IMG/VR virus record: IMGVR_UViG_3300018080_008436
Span: 248,001 to 312,000 of that record
DNA: 64,000 nucleotides
Reading direction: 5' to 3' (one strand)
The notes beneath the pieces were generated by a model. The model worked only from the letters and a program-made list of their open reading frames with translations, made no database searches and was not told where the DNA came from. Positions 50,100 to 58,008 of this stretch are shown piece by piece. Made by a program: the position numbers and the translations under genes. Each line of letters starts with the position of its first letter. Position 1 is the stretch's first letter.

Positions 50100-50209
50100 T
50101 GACACAGATATTAGATACAGATTACGTTGGTGATAGTTTAGATAAGTTGTTATTGAATTCAAATACAACAGTCAATTTAACATTAAAAGCAAAAAGGGAA
50201 AAGACATGA
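50099..50209 (+). pseudogene. Truncated family B 5' stub (36 aa)
   Basis: MTQILDTDYVGDSLDKLLLNSNTTVNLT then unrelated sequence. Confidence 0.75.
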
Positions 50210-50394
50210 ATACATTTATAGCACGAAAGGATAACGGTGATAAAATTTCCTTCTTAGAAGGAAATTTTAAACTTGGTGGATTAAATCCAGAATATGAAGC
50301 AAAGTATTGTGATTGTGATGAGAACACAACCAATACTTCGGAAATCGCAGATTGGGACACCGCTTTGGATGTGTCATATGTAATTGATGAATAA
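50206..50394 (+). CDS. Hypothetical protein
   Basis: ATGA-coupled to stub. Confidence 0.45.
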   Translation: MNTFIARKDNGDKISFLEGNFKLGGLNPEYEAKYCDCDENTTNTSEIADWDTALDVSYVIDE

Positions 50395-50586
50395 GAAGGA
50401 GAGACAATAAAATGGGCGCTTTTATTATTTGTTTATTGTTAATTGGTCTCCTAATACTAATTTGTAATTTATTAACACCAAAACTCATTGTTGTTACAAA
50501 AGCGGCAAAACTAGAAAGACGTTTTAATAATTATAGGCAAATTATTTTTCTTTTAGAGATAGAAGATAATTAATTAGGAATAAATT

Positions 50587-52059
50587 ATGGTAAACAGAAT
50601 ATTTGACGATTATCAAGGACCATCCATTAAAATAAATGGAGTCTGTTATAAATGGGCTGGGGAAACAACTGAACCCTTTAATTCTCACCCCAGTGAAATT
50701 GAAGGAACTTTTGATACTTGCTTGGAATGTGCAATAGAAAGTTCTTCAAGTTTGTCTTCTGAATCTGAGTCCTCTGAATCAATTAATAACTTTAGCTCTT
50801 CTTCTGAATCAATTGAAAATACTTCATCAAGTGAATCAATTGCATGTCAAGAAGGAGATATCCAATTTGTGCTAAGTCAAGCAAACGCATTACAATTCTC
50901 TCCCCCAGTATTTCAAGGAGCCATTGACGAAGGAATTGTTTGTATTGATGGAATTCGAGAGGGAACTTACACAAACTATGGGCAGGAAGATCTTATTGTT
51001 TTGAGTGACCCAGGAGCTTATGTGAATTATACTGCTGGACAAACTGTTGAAGTTTGTGAAGGGCAATGTCCTCAAGTTTCAAGTTCTTCAAGTTCTGAAG
51101 CATATAGTTCAGAGAGTTCAAGTAGTTCGTTCCCTGAAGGTATATTCTTAAAAATGGAATACGATGCAAGTACGAGTCTTACAACACAGCTTCGATTCGA
51201 TAATGTAATTGATTACGGAGATGCTATTATATATTGGGGAGATGGAGATACTACTGATATTAGTGGTACTGGGAACGGTACAGAAAACCATGTTTATGAT
51301 TCTAGTGGAACCTATGAGGTTAAAATAAGTGCTACTGGCAATTTTTGGTTAGGACAATCTACCACTACTTCATATCGAACAGGGTATAAAAAAATTACCC
51401 AATGGGGAGATGTAAAATGGTCCAGATGTGATTTCTCCTTTGCCAACCTTCCAGACCTAGAGGTGACAGCAACAGATTATCCTGATTTATCAAATGTAAC
51501 AGATGTTAGATATATGCTTGCTGGTTGTACGAATATGGTTGGAGACCAGCATGACTGGGCATGGGATATGACAGGAGTAACTGATTTAAGCCACATGTTT
51601 CAGAATTCTCTTGCTTTTAACGGCACTGTTCAAAACTTTAGCAACATGGGAGATGCAGAGAACCTGTCGTTCATGTTTGTGGGGAATGGCAGAAGTAATC
51701 CTGGTTCGTTCAATCAACCGATTGGAGTTTGGGATACATCTAGTGTAACAGATATAACTCAAATGTTACAATATCAGCCTGATTTTGATCAGGATTTATC
51801 AAACTGGGATGTTAGTAACGTGACAGATACTGCTCAATTTATGGAGAATTTTGGTGTTGAAGAGTTATCAAATGCAAACTATAACGCACTTCTGATTTCA
51901 TGGGGTGGACAATCATTAATCTCTCATGGCGATACTATTTCTTTTGGAAAAAGTAAGTATACAGATGACAGCGGAGATTGCCCAAGTTGTCCTATTACAA
52001 CAGGCAGAAGTGCTATAGCGGCGGCATGGGGTACATTACGAGATGGTGGGTCTGTTTAA
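50587..52059 (+). CDS. Family A modular protein with PKD-like and BspA/DUF285 repeats
   Basis: WGDG, FNQPIGVWDTSSVT, QDLSNWDVSNVT. Confidence 0.75.
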   Translation: MVNRIFDDYQGPSIKINGVCYKWAGETTEPFNSHPSEIEGTFDTCLECAIESSSSLSSESESSESINNFSSSSESIENTSSSESIACQEGDIQFVLSQANALQFSPPVFQGAIDEGIVCIDGIREGTYTNYGQEDLIVLSDPGAYVNYTAGQTVEVCEGQCPQVSSSSSSEAYSSESSSSSFPEGIFLKMEYDASTSLTTQLRFDNVIDYGDAIIYWGDGDTTDISGTGNGTENHVYDSSGTYEVKISATGNFWLGQSTTTSYRTGYKKITQWGDVKWSRCDFSFANLPDLEVTATDYPDLSNVTDVRYMLAGCTNMVGDQHDWAWDMTGVTDLSHMFQNSLAFNGTVQNFSNMGDAENLSFMFVGNGRSNPGSFNQPIGVWDTSSVTDITQMLQYQPDFDQDLSNWDVSNVTDTAQFMENFGVEELSNANYNALLISWGGQSLISHGDTISFGKSKYTDDSGDCPSCPITTGRSAIAAAWGTLRDGGSV

Positions 52060-52069
52060 GGAGTAAATT

Positions 52070-52660
52070 ATGGCTAACAGAATATTTGATGATTATCAAG
52101 GAGCATCCGTTAAAATAAACGGTATTTGCTATAAATTTATTGGAGAAACAACAAGACCATTTGATTCTCATCCAAGTGAAATTGAAGGAACTTTTGATAC
52201 TTGTTTGGCATGTGCTGTTGAAAGTTCATCTTCAGAAAGTACCCAGTCTTCCAGTTCTGAATCAATTAATAACTTTAGCTCTTCTTCTGAATCAATTGAA
52301 AATACTTCATCAAGTGAATCAATTGCATGTCAAGAAGGAGATATCCAATTTGTGCTAAGTCAAGCAAACGCTTTGCAATTTTCTCCCCCAGTATTTTTCG
52401 GAGTTATTCCAGAAGGAACCGTTTGTGTTGATGGGGTACATGAAGGAACTTATACAAATTATGGTGGAGAAGATTTAATTGTTTTTAGTGATTCAGGAGC
52501 TTATCAAAGCTATACTGATGGACAAACCATTGAAGTTTGTGAAGGGGTTTGTTTGCCACAAGCAGTTTATAAGTATAGCAATCTACAACTGAATGTATCA
52601 CCAAACACATATAGATATACTCCAGTTATAATTGAGTCAAGTTCATCAAGTTCAGGATAA
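52070..52660 (+). CDS. Family A modular protein (short, mosaic)
   Basis: 5' end like 45054, middle like 50587. Confidence 0.7.
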   Translation: MANRIFDDYQGASVKINGICYKFIGETTRPFDSHPSEIEGTFDTCLACAVESSSSESTQSSSSESINNFSSSSESIENTSSSESIACQEGDIQFVLSQANALQFSPPVFFGVIPEGTVCVDGVHEGTYTNYGGEDLIVFSDSGAYQSYTDGQTIEVCEGVCLPQAVYKYSNLQLNVSPNTYRYTPVIIESSSSSSG

Positions 52661-52675
52661 ATTTTAGGAGGATTT

Positions 52676-53158
52676 ATGGATTTATATTTTTTACAAGACC
52701 AAGGAGACGCTTTGGTTTATAATGACGGAATTGCATATGAGTTTGTTGAGCAAACAGTTCAAGTCCCAAATGCAAGTGGAGCGCAAGTTATTGAAGGAAA
52801 CATCTCTTCATTTAATTTCAGCATTGCTGACGCACAATTAAAAACAGCTTACACTGCTGGTGAACATGCTTTGGCTTTTTATGTTGATGAAAATAAAATT
52901 GAAGTTGACATGCCCCTTGCCAACACTTGGTATACTTTCCCCGATGTTCCAGTTGCAGGAGTTATTCGGGTTTGGCAAACGGGAGCATTTTACCCAAACA
53001 TAAAAATTAATGGTATTGATCAGGCCGTTAACGCAGGAACAAGCAAAGCTAGTGCAATGCCATACAATGTTGCTGTTGGAGATGTAATCGAAATACGAGA
53101 ACCAACTACTAGTGGAAACACTGGGTACGGATATATATTGCCATTTGTTTATCCATAA
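52676..53158 (+). CDS. Hypothetical beta-rich protein
   Basis: AGGAGG RBS. Confidence 0.65.
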   Translation: MDLYFLQDQGDALVYNDGIAYEFVEQTVQVPNASGAQVIEGNISSFNFSIADAQLKTAYTAGEHALAFYVDENKIEVDMPLANTWYTFPDVPVAGVIRVWQTGAFYPNIKINGIDQAVNAGTSKASAMPYNVAVGDVIEIREPTTSGNTGYGYILPFVYP

Positions 53159-53159
53159 A

Positions 53160-53179
53160 TTGGGCGCAAGGATTGAATT
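53160..53179. repeat. Duplicate of tRNA-His 3' end (att-like)
   Basis: TTGGGCGCAAGGAttGAATT vs 53711..53730, 18/20 match. Confidence 0.6.
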
Positions 53180-53217
53180 AAAAAAGGGTGGACTAAGTCC
53201 ACCCTTTAACATTTACT

Positions 53218-53547
53218 TCATTCAGTTAGTACAGGGATCTTCTTCGGTTTGCCCCTACTAGACTTCGGCAAACTAATTTTAAGAACTCCATTGTCTAAAG
53301 CACTTTTTATCTTACTTACCGCAACATCATTTGGAAGTCTGAAGGATAAATCTTTTTTGCCATAAGCTCTCTTCCTATATCCACCTTCTTTATCTCGTTC
53401 CCAAGAAATGTCCAAATAATTGTCCTTTGCATAAACCTCTACTTTGTCCTTCTCGACACCTGGCATATCAACTCTTACTTCATAGCTTTCATCATTTGTC
53501 CAAGTGTCATACTCAACGTCTCTGTTAAAAAAGAAATCAGAATACAT
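53218..53547 (-). CDS. Small heat-shock protein (Hsp20/alpha-crystallin)
   Basis: VDMPGVEKDKV..FRLP..LDNGVLKISLPK. Confidence 0.9.
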   Translation of the reverse strand: MYSDFFFNRDVEYDTWTNDESYEVRVDMPGVEKDKVEVYAKDNYLDISWERDKEGGYRKRAYGKKDLSFRLPNDVAVSKIKSALDNGVLKISLPKSSRGKPKKIPVLTE

Positions 53548-53592
53548 AACTTGTTCCTCCTTTAGTTAGTTTGTTATGCAATTTTACTAAAA

Positions 53593-53609
53593 AGCAAAAC
53601 ACATGCCAA
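53593..53609 (-). promoter_or_regulatory. Sigma54 -24/-12 promoter of hsp20
   Basis: TTGGCATGTGTTTTGCT (GG-N10-GC). Confidence 0.65.
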
Positions 53610-53677
53610 CTCTATTTAAGCAGGAATCTAGGTAAGAAAAGGGACAGTTTGACACATATAAGTGAGACAAATGGGCG

Positions 53678-53706
53678 CAAAAAAGCGCCATCCTAAAATG
53701 GCGCTT
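53678..53706 (-). terminator. Terminator ending tRNA operon 3
   Basis: AAGCGCCAT-TTTAGG-ATGGCGCTT-T4. Confidence 0.75.
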
Positions 53707-53711
53707 GAGTT

Positions 53712-53803
53712 TGGGCGCAAGGACGGAATTCGAATCCGTAGGGGAGATTACCTCCAACAGGGTCACAACCTGTCACGCTAAGCCAATTACGTTCTACCTT
53801 GCG
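53712..53803 (-). tRNA. tRNA-His(GTG) with long variable arm
   Basis: Loop TTGTGAC, GGAG-GTAAT-CTCC arm, C73, no encoded G-1. Confidence 0.8.
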
Positions 53804-53804
53804 A

Positions 53805-53880
53805 TGGGCTACTCGACGGATCTTGAAACCGCAACCTCCAGGGCCACAACCTAGCGCTCTGCCTTTGAGCTACGAGTAGC
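53805..53880 (-). tRNA. tRNA-His(GTG)
   Basis: G-1:C73, loop TTGTGGC. Confidence 0.88.
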
Positions 53881-53891
53881 ATCAAATTGGT

Positions 53892-54563
53892 CTATCCCAA
53901 CCATTTGTCTCTTTTAAATCCACCTATTTCTTGAATGCCTCCCATAATTTTTTGTTTTATTTCAACGCTGTGTAATCTTACTGTGCAAATTCCGTATTTT
54001 AGTTTACCCTGAAATTCGCTAGATTTAAAATAACATTTTCTCAAATTTTCTTTCGTCAAACTAAGTGCATTAAGCCAAAATTCAACAATCTCTTGTTCAG
54101 AAACTCCATTGTTTGTATAGGCATTTATAGAAAGAGCAAATCTTTTTTCTTCAAACTCAAAGTGTTCTCTAAGGAACTTCATAAAAAGAATCATCATGTC
54201 AATATCGCTATTGCAGAATGTCACTCCTTTATTGGATTCTTTTGTTCCTTCTGCCCAATAAAGAATACAGCCAACCCGAAAACTTTCAGATATTTTAGCA
54301 AGTGCTCTTCCATCAGTTTGCCACTTCCTTCTTTTTCTTCTGAATTTTTCCGAATATTTCTCCTGTTTACCAAAATAACCACCTTTTCTTGTTTTTGTCC
54401 TGTGCCGCAATTTTAGGTTTTCTATTTGTTCTTTCGTTAGTTGAATATCTCGAACCCATAAACTAACAGACGATTGAGACACATCTAGAATCTTGGCTAT
54501 TTTCTTTATAGATTGTCCACTTTTTCTTAGTTCTCTTGCTTTGTTTCTTTCGACTTTTTTCAT
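53892..54563 (-). mobile_element. HTH + single-motif LAGLIDADG-like endonuclease inside tRNA operon
   Basis: SIKKIAKILDVSQSSVSLW HTH; ILYWAEGTK..FCNSD; start trimmed to MKKVE. Confidence 0.6.
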
Positions 54564-54621
54564 TTTCGAACCCCCATAGTTATATGTGATATAACATATT
54601 ATACAGCAAGTTCGAACTTTT

Positions 54622-54696
54622 TGGTAGCAGTATCGGGACTTGAACCCGAACGGCACTCCTTATGAAAGAGTCGCACTACCATTATGCTATACTGCT
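54622..54696 (-). tRNA. tRNA-Met or Ile2 (CAT)
   Basis: Loop TTCATAA, CCA. Confidence 0.85.
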
Positions 54697-54750
54697 ATGA
54701 AAGTCTTGGGCTAACCATTGCCCAACCTAGCGTCATTTATCGTATCCAAT

Positions 54751-54825
54751 TGGCGGTGATAAGGGGAATCGAACCCCTGTCCTCTGGGCGACAACCAGAA
54801 ATCCTAGCCATTAAACGATATCACC
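54751..54825 (-). tRNA. tRNA-Asp(GTC)
   Basis: Loop TTGTCGC, G73, CCA. Confidence 0.9.
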
Positions 54826-54831
54826 GATAAG

Positions 54832-54905
54832 CGGAACCGAAGGGACTCGAACCCTCAATCTCCTGATCGACAGTCAGGGGCACTAACCAATTGCGCTACG
54901 GCTCC
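54832..54905 (-). tRNA. tRNA-Asp(GTC), CCA not encoded
   Basis: Loop CTGTCGA. Confidence 0.88.
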
Positions 54906-55023
54906 ATAAAACTGAAAGCTCTAAAGTTTTCGTTAGTCTTTTTGCTTTCGCTCATACTCCTATACTCTTTATTGTCCAATCCAGTTGTCAATTGGCTCTA
55001 AGGAACGATACGAACTTTCAGTT

Positions 55024-55100
55024 TGGTGACGACAGTTGGACTTGAACCAACGCTCTCCAGTGTGTCGAACTGGCGATTTATCCATCTAATCTATGCCGTC
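55024..55100 (-). tRNA. tRNA-Val(GAC), C33
   Basis: Loop TCGACAC, CCA. Confidence 0.8.
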
Positions 55101-55104
55101 AATT

Positions 55105-55182
55105 TGGTTCTGCGAGAGGGACTTGAACCCCCGACCTCCTCCTTATCAGGGAGGCGCTACTTACCATCTGAGCTACCGCAGA
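55105..55182 (-). tRNA. tRNA-Ile(GAT)
   Basis: Loop CTGATAA, CCA. Confidence 0.9.
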
Positions 55183-55187
55183 ATCAT

Positions 55188-55278
55188 TGGTGGGAGTAGC
55201 AGGACTTGAACCTGCGTTTACCTTTCGGCCTCCTGTGTATCAGACAGGCGCTCTAACCAAATACTGAGCTATACTCCC
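55188..55278 (-). tRNA. tRNA-Ile(GAT) with long variable arm
   Basis: Loop CTGATAC; GCC-GAAA-GGT arm; CCA. Confidence 0.85.
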
Positions 55279-55338
55279 ATAACATTCTTTTTGCATTGTA
55301 ACATCATCAATGTTATCGTGCAAATTTGATGTTACAAT

Positions 55339-55413
55339 TGGCAGGGACGAAAGGATTTGAACCCTTACCGCATGGTTTTGGAGACCAGCAGGCTACCATT
55401 ACAACACGCCCCT
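55339..55413 (-). tRNA. tRNA-Trp(CCA)
   Basis: Loop CTCCAAA, G73. Confidence 0.9.
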
Positions 55414-55418
55414 GTTAG

Positions 55419-55494
55419 TGGTACTCCTACCAGAACTCGAACCTGGATCTTCGACTTCGAAGGCCGTTATTCTAATCCATTGAACTATAGGAGC
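55419..55494 (-). tRNA. tRNA-Arg(TCG)
   Basis: Loop CTTCGAA. Confidence 0.88.
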
Positions 55495-55528
55495 ATCTAC
55501 ATATAAATTTTCAAAGAACTCTAATTCT

Positions 55529-55605
55529 TGGTACACCCAGCAGGATTTGAACCTGCAACCTCCTGGTTCGTAGCCAGACGCTCTATCCAATTGAGCTATG
55601 AGTGC
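55529..55605 (-). tRNA. tRNA-Arg(ACG)
   Basis: Loop CTACGAA. Confidence 0.93.
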
Positions 55606-55610
55606 AACTT

Positions 55611-55687
55611 TGGTACTCCTGGCGGGACTCGAACCCACATAGACCTGTTTAGAAGACAGGTGCCTGATCCAGTTAGACTACAGGAGC
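55611..55687 (-). tRNA. tRNA-Arg(TCT)
   Basis: Loop CTTCTAA. Confidence 0.92.
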
Positions 55688-55854
55688 ATCTAAAATTATT
55701 TCAACTTTTCTTTCGCTTTTTTCAAATCCTCAATTAACTGTTTCTTTGAGTAGTTTCTGCCTACCCAAACTAATTCATACATTTTCTCGTCTTTTTGATT
55801 CTGAACACTGTTCAGAACTCGTTCTAAAATCTCTTGTGCTGTTTCTTTCATTTT

Positions 55855-55929
55855 TGGCCTCTCCTATAGGACTCGAACCTATATCTGCGGTTTAGGAAAC
55901 CGATATTCTATCCCTTGAACTAAGGAGAG
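55855..55929 (-). tRNA. tRNA-Arg(CCT)
   Basis: Loop TTCCTAA. Confidence 0.9.
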
Positions 55930-55937
55930 TCAGGCAC

Positions 55938-55970
55938 AAAAAAAGCCCAAGCTCCTTAGAGCCTGGGCTT
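55938..55970 (-). terminator. Attenuator terminator of tRNA operon 3
   Basis: AAGCCCAGGCTC-TAAG-GAGCTTGGGCTT-T5. Confidence 0.88.
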
Positions 55971-55988
55971 CGTAAATCTGCTTATCTA

Positions 55989-56069
55989 TCAGAACATGCG
56001 ATAGCGCAGATCAGAAGCCCTGTGGCTCCAATCGCGTCTAATAATATGCATGTCTCTAACAACGTTCAT
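55989..56069 (-). CDS. Leader peptide MNVVRDMHIIRRDWSHRASDLRYRMF (multivalent attenuator)
   Basis: TAAGGA RBS; codons match the downstream tRNA set. Confidence 0.8.
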   Translation of the reverse strand: MNVVRDMHIIRRDWSHRASDLRYRMF

Positions 56070-56166
56070 TTTTCTTAAATCCTTATTCGATTTAGTTTTT
56101 CAACTTACCCTCATTAGTCACATTTGATTTGAGTTTTTCTCAGATCTGTACCAAGAAGTTATTATC

Positions 56167-56197
56167 ATTATAAGCCTTATTCAGAGTATTTCAAGTC
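56167..56197 (-). promoter_or_regulatory. Promoter GACTTGAAA-N16-TATAAT
   Basis: Shared motif. Confidence 0.8.
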
Positions 56198-56220
56198 GTC
56201 TTTGAAGATTTTCTTGAATT

Positions 56221-56727
56221 TTATCTGAGGGTATCGTACAAGTCCTCATACCTAGCTCTCCACCAGTAAGCTTTAGGTACATTGCCAATGCAGAAATAAT
56301 CCCCTGCATCCTTGGCCTTTAAATAAAAATTATGTGCTTCCTCATATAAGCCAAAGATCCTGGCAGAACGAATAATCCTGGTAATTCTAAGTAAGTTATG
56401 GTTGAACTCTTTACACCAAACCCTTTGTTTATCTTTGTCATCAACATCCAGGCCATAGAAATCGAGCATACGTTCAACAGCATTGGTCATATTCTCTGTG
56501 ATTTCTGGGATATCTCTGCATTCTTCCACTATCATTGGGTTAATAACTGGATATGTCATTGCCCAATTAGATGTTTCGTGCAAAGGGAAGATCCATTGAA
56601 CCTGATCATGACACTTTTCCATTTCTTCATCACTACAATAAAGAATGTCCTCATAAATCCTTCCTTTGTAATCAGCGTGATTGCCTGACAAGAATTTTAC
56701 AATCCAATCTTTATCTGTAATGATCAT
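56221..56727 (-). CDS. Opioid growth factor receptor (OGFr_N)-like domain protein
   Basis: HDQVQWIFPL..MLDFYG..NHNLLRITRIIRS. Confidence 0.8.
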   Translation of the reverse strand: MIITDKDWIVKFLSGNHADYKGRIYEDILYCSDEEMEKCHDQVQWIFPLHETSNWAMTYPVINPMIVEECRDIPEITENMTNAVERMLDFYGLDVDDKDKQRVWCKEFNHNLLRITRIIRSARIFGLYEEAHNFYLKAKDAGDYFCIGNVPKAYWWRARYEDLYDTLR

Positions 56728-56768
56728 TTTAGTCACATTTGATCCAGGTTTTTCCTAGATCTGTACTG

Positions 56769-57515
56769 TTAGAAAAGACCCAAGGCTCTCCCCTGATCCC
56801 TGAAAGCAATTTCGATAACAAGTGAGAACCCTTCTGGAACCAAATATTGCTTGATTACTTGTTTCTCACATTCTTCGCTCATATCCTGTTCTATTCCCAT
56901 TTGACCTTCAAGAACTTTTACAGCCACATTGAATGCTTCATATTCAAATTCCACAATATCAACTTCTCCTTCAAGATCTCGAAGAAGCGCCTGACCTTCA
57001 TTCAAACCAATCATCTCATAGAAATAGATCATAGCTTTATAAAGTTCATGTAATTTATCTGACTCACGCATCTGATCGTGAATCTCAAATGATATATTGT
57101 CCAAAGCCTCTCTACATTCTACAAGTTTCTTGAAGTCTTCGTCTTCAAAAGCATCGTTAAGATTTCCACTTGCCATGATCTCTGCGATCTTATCTCCAGA
57201 AACATATTCGTCGTCGTCAGGAATAGCTCGATACAAATCTTGTAGAAGTTTGATGTTTTCCATTTTTTCTCCACTATTTTCATCAATAACAAGCTCAATT
57301 CTGAATTCGCGCTCTTTATTGTCGATAAAGTGAGATACATTTTCGATCAACCAAGTTAAAACTTCTTCTGCGGCTTTATCAGCATCTACATTTTTACTTA
57401 GTTCATGGATTTCTTGAAGGGTCTTTTTCTCGAATGTCATTTTGACTTCTTCAAATTCGAATTTACCTTCAGCAAGGTTTTGGAATGCTTCAATAATTTT
57501 CTCTTCATCACTCAT
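56769..57515 (-). CDS. Hypothetical acidic protein
   Basis: Start trimmed to MSDEE after AGGAG. Confidence 0.6.
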   Translation of the reverse strand: MSDEEKIIEAFQNLAEGKFEFEEVKMTFEKKTLQEIHELSKNVDADKAAEEVLTWLIENVSHFIDNKEREFRIELVIDENSGEKMENIKLLQDLYRAIPDDDEYVSGDKIAEIMASGNLNDAFEDEDFKKLVECREALDNISFEIHDQMRESDKLHELYKAMIYFYEMIGLNEGQALLRDLEGEVDIVEFEYEAFNVAVKVLEGQMGIEQDMSEECEKQVIKQYLVPEGFSLVIEIAFRDQGRALGLF

Positions 57516-57516
57516 T

Positions 57517-57975
57517 TTATTTCTCCTTAGTAAACCATCTACATTGGTGTAATTTTTCACTACATTTGGGACATTGGATTCCTTTTTGGATAGCTTCTTG
57601 GAAATTTAGCATACTGGAACCAGTAGTTGGGCATTTTTTTGGAAGTCCAGCCTTTTTGATTGCTTCATCTAAAGAATCTAAATCGTCTAAGAACACATCA
57701 TATTGCCATAGACATTCTGCACCAATACTCCAGAGATTTACTCTATAGCATTTGGTTTTGATTCCTTCCTTGTTCGGGAAAGTAATTAGGGCGTATTCTC
57801 TGCCAGTGTTTTTGAGTTCCTGGATTTGTTGTTTTAGCTCAGGAAGTTCTTTAATACGTTCAGAGTTAATAATATCATCAATATCCCCCATAGGCCAGGG
57901 GGCAGTAATAGTGAAACCAGTCCCACAGTATTCGCAGTCGTCGTTTCTACAGGTAAAATCGCATCCAGCAGGCAT
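57517..57975 (-). CDS. Hypothetical Cys-rich protein
   Basis: Multiple CxxC. Confidence 0.6.
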   Translation of the reverse strand: MPAGCDFTCRNDDCEYCGTGFTITAPWPMGDIDDIINSERIKELPELKQQIQELKNTGREYALITFPNKEGIKTKCYRVNLWSIGAECLWQYDVFLDDLDSLDEAIKKAGLPKKCPTTGSSMLNFQEAIQKGIQCPKCSEKLHQCRWFTKEK

Positions 57976-58008
57976 AATATAACCTCTTTTGTTTTTAGAG
58001 ATTATACA

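Noticed and set aside
42760-52660. Diversity-generating retroelement or invertase shufflon
   Set aside because: No reverse transcriptase or recombinase in the window. Differences are not adenine-specific and all copies are in direct orientation.
54564-54656. N-terminal extension of the 53892 ORF
   Set aside because: Runs into tRNA-CAT; the ATG at 54563 is the more plausible start.
55399-55737. ORFs 55399..55638 and 55528..55737 (also 29007..29300, 33533..33742, 34097..34339)
   Set aside because: They overlap clear tRNA genes and are shadow ORFs.
55690-55851. 53-aa ORF between Arg tRNAs
   Set aside because: No RBS (directly follows a tRNA CCA) and no recognisable motif, so left uncalled.
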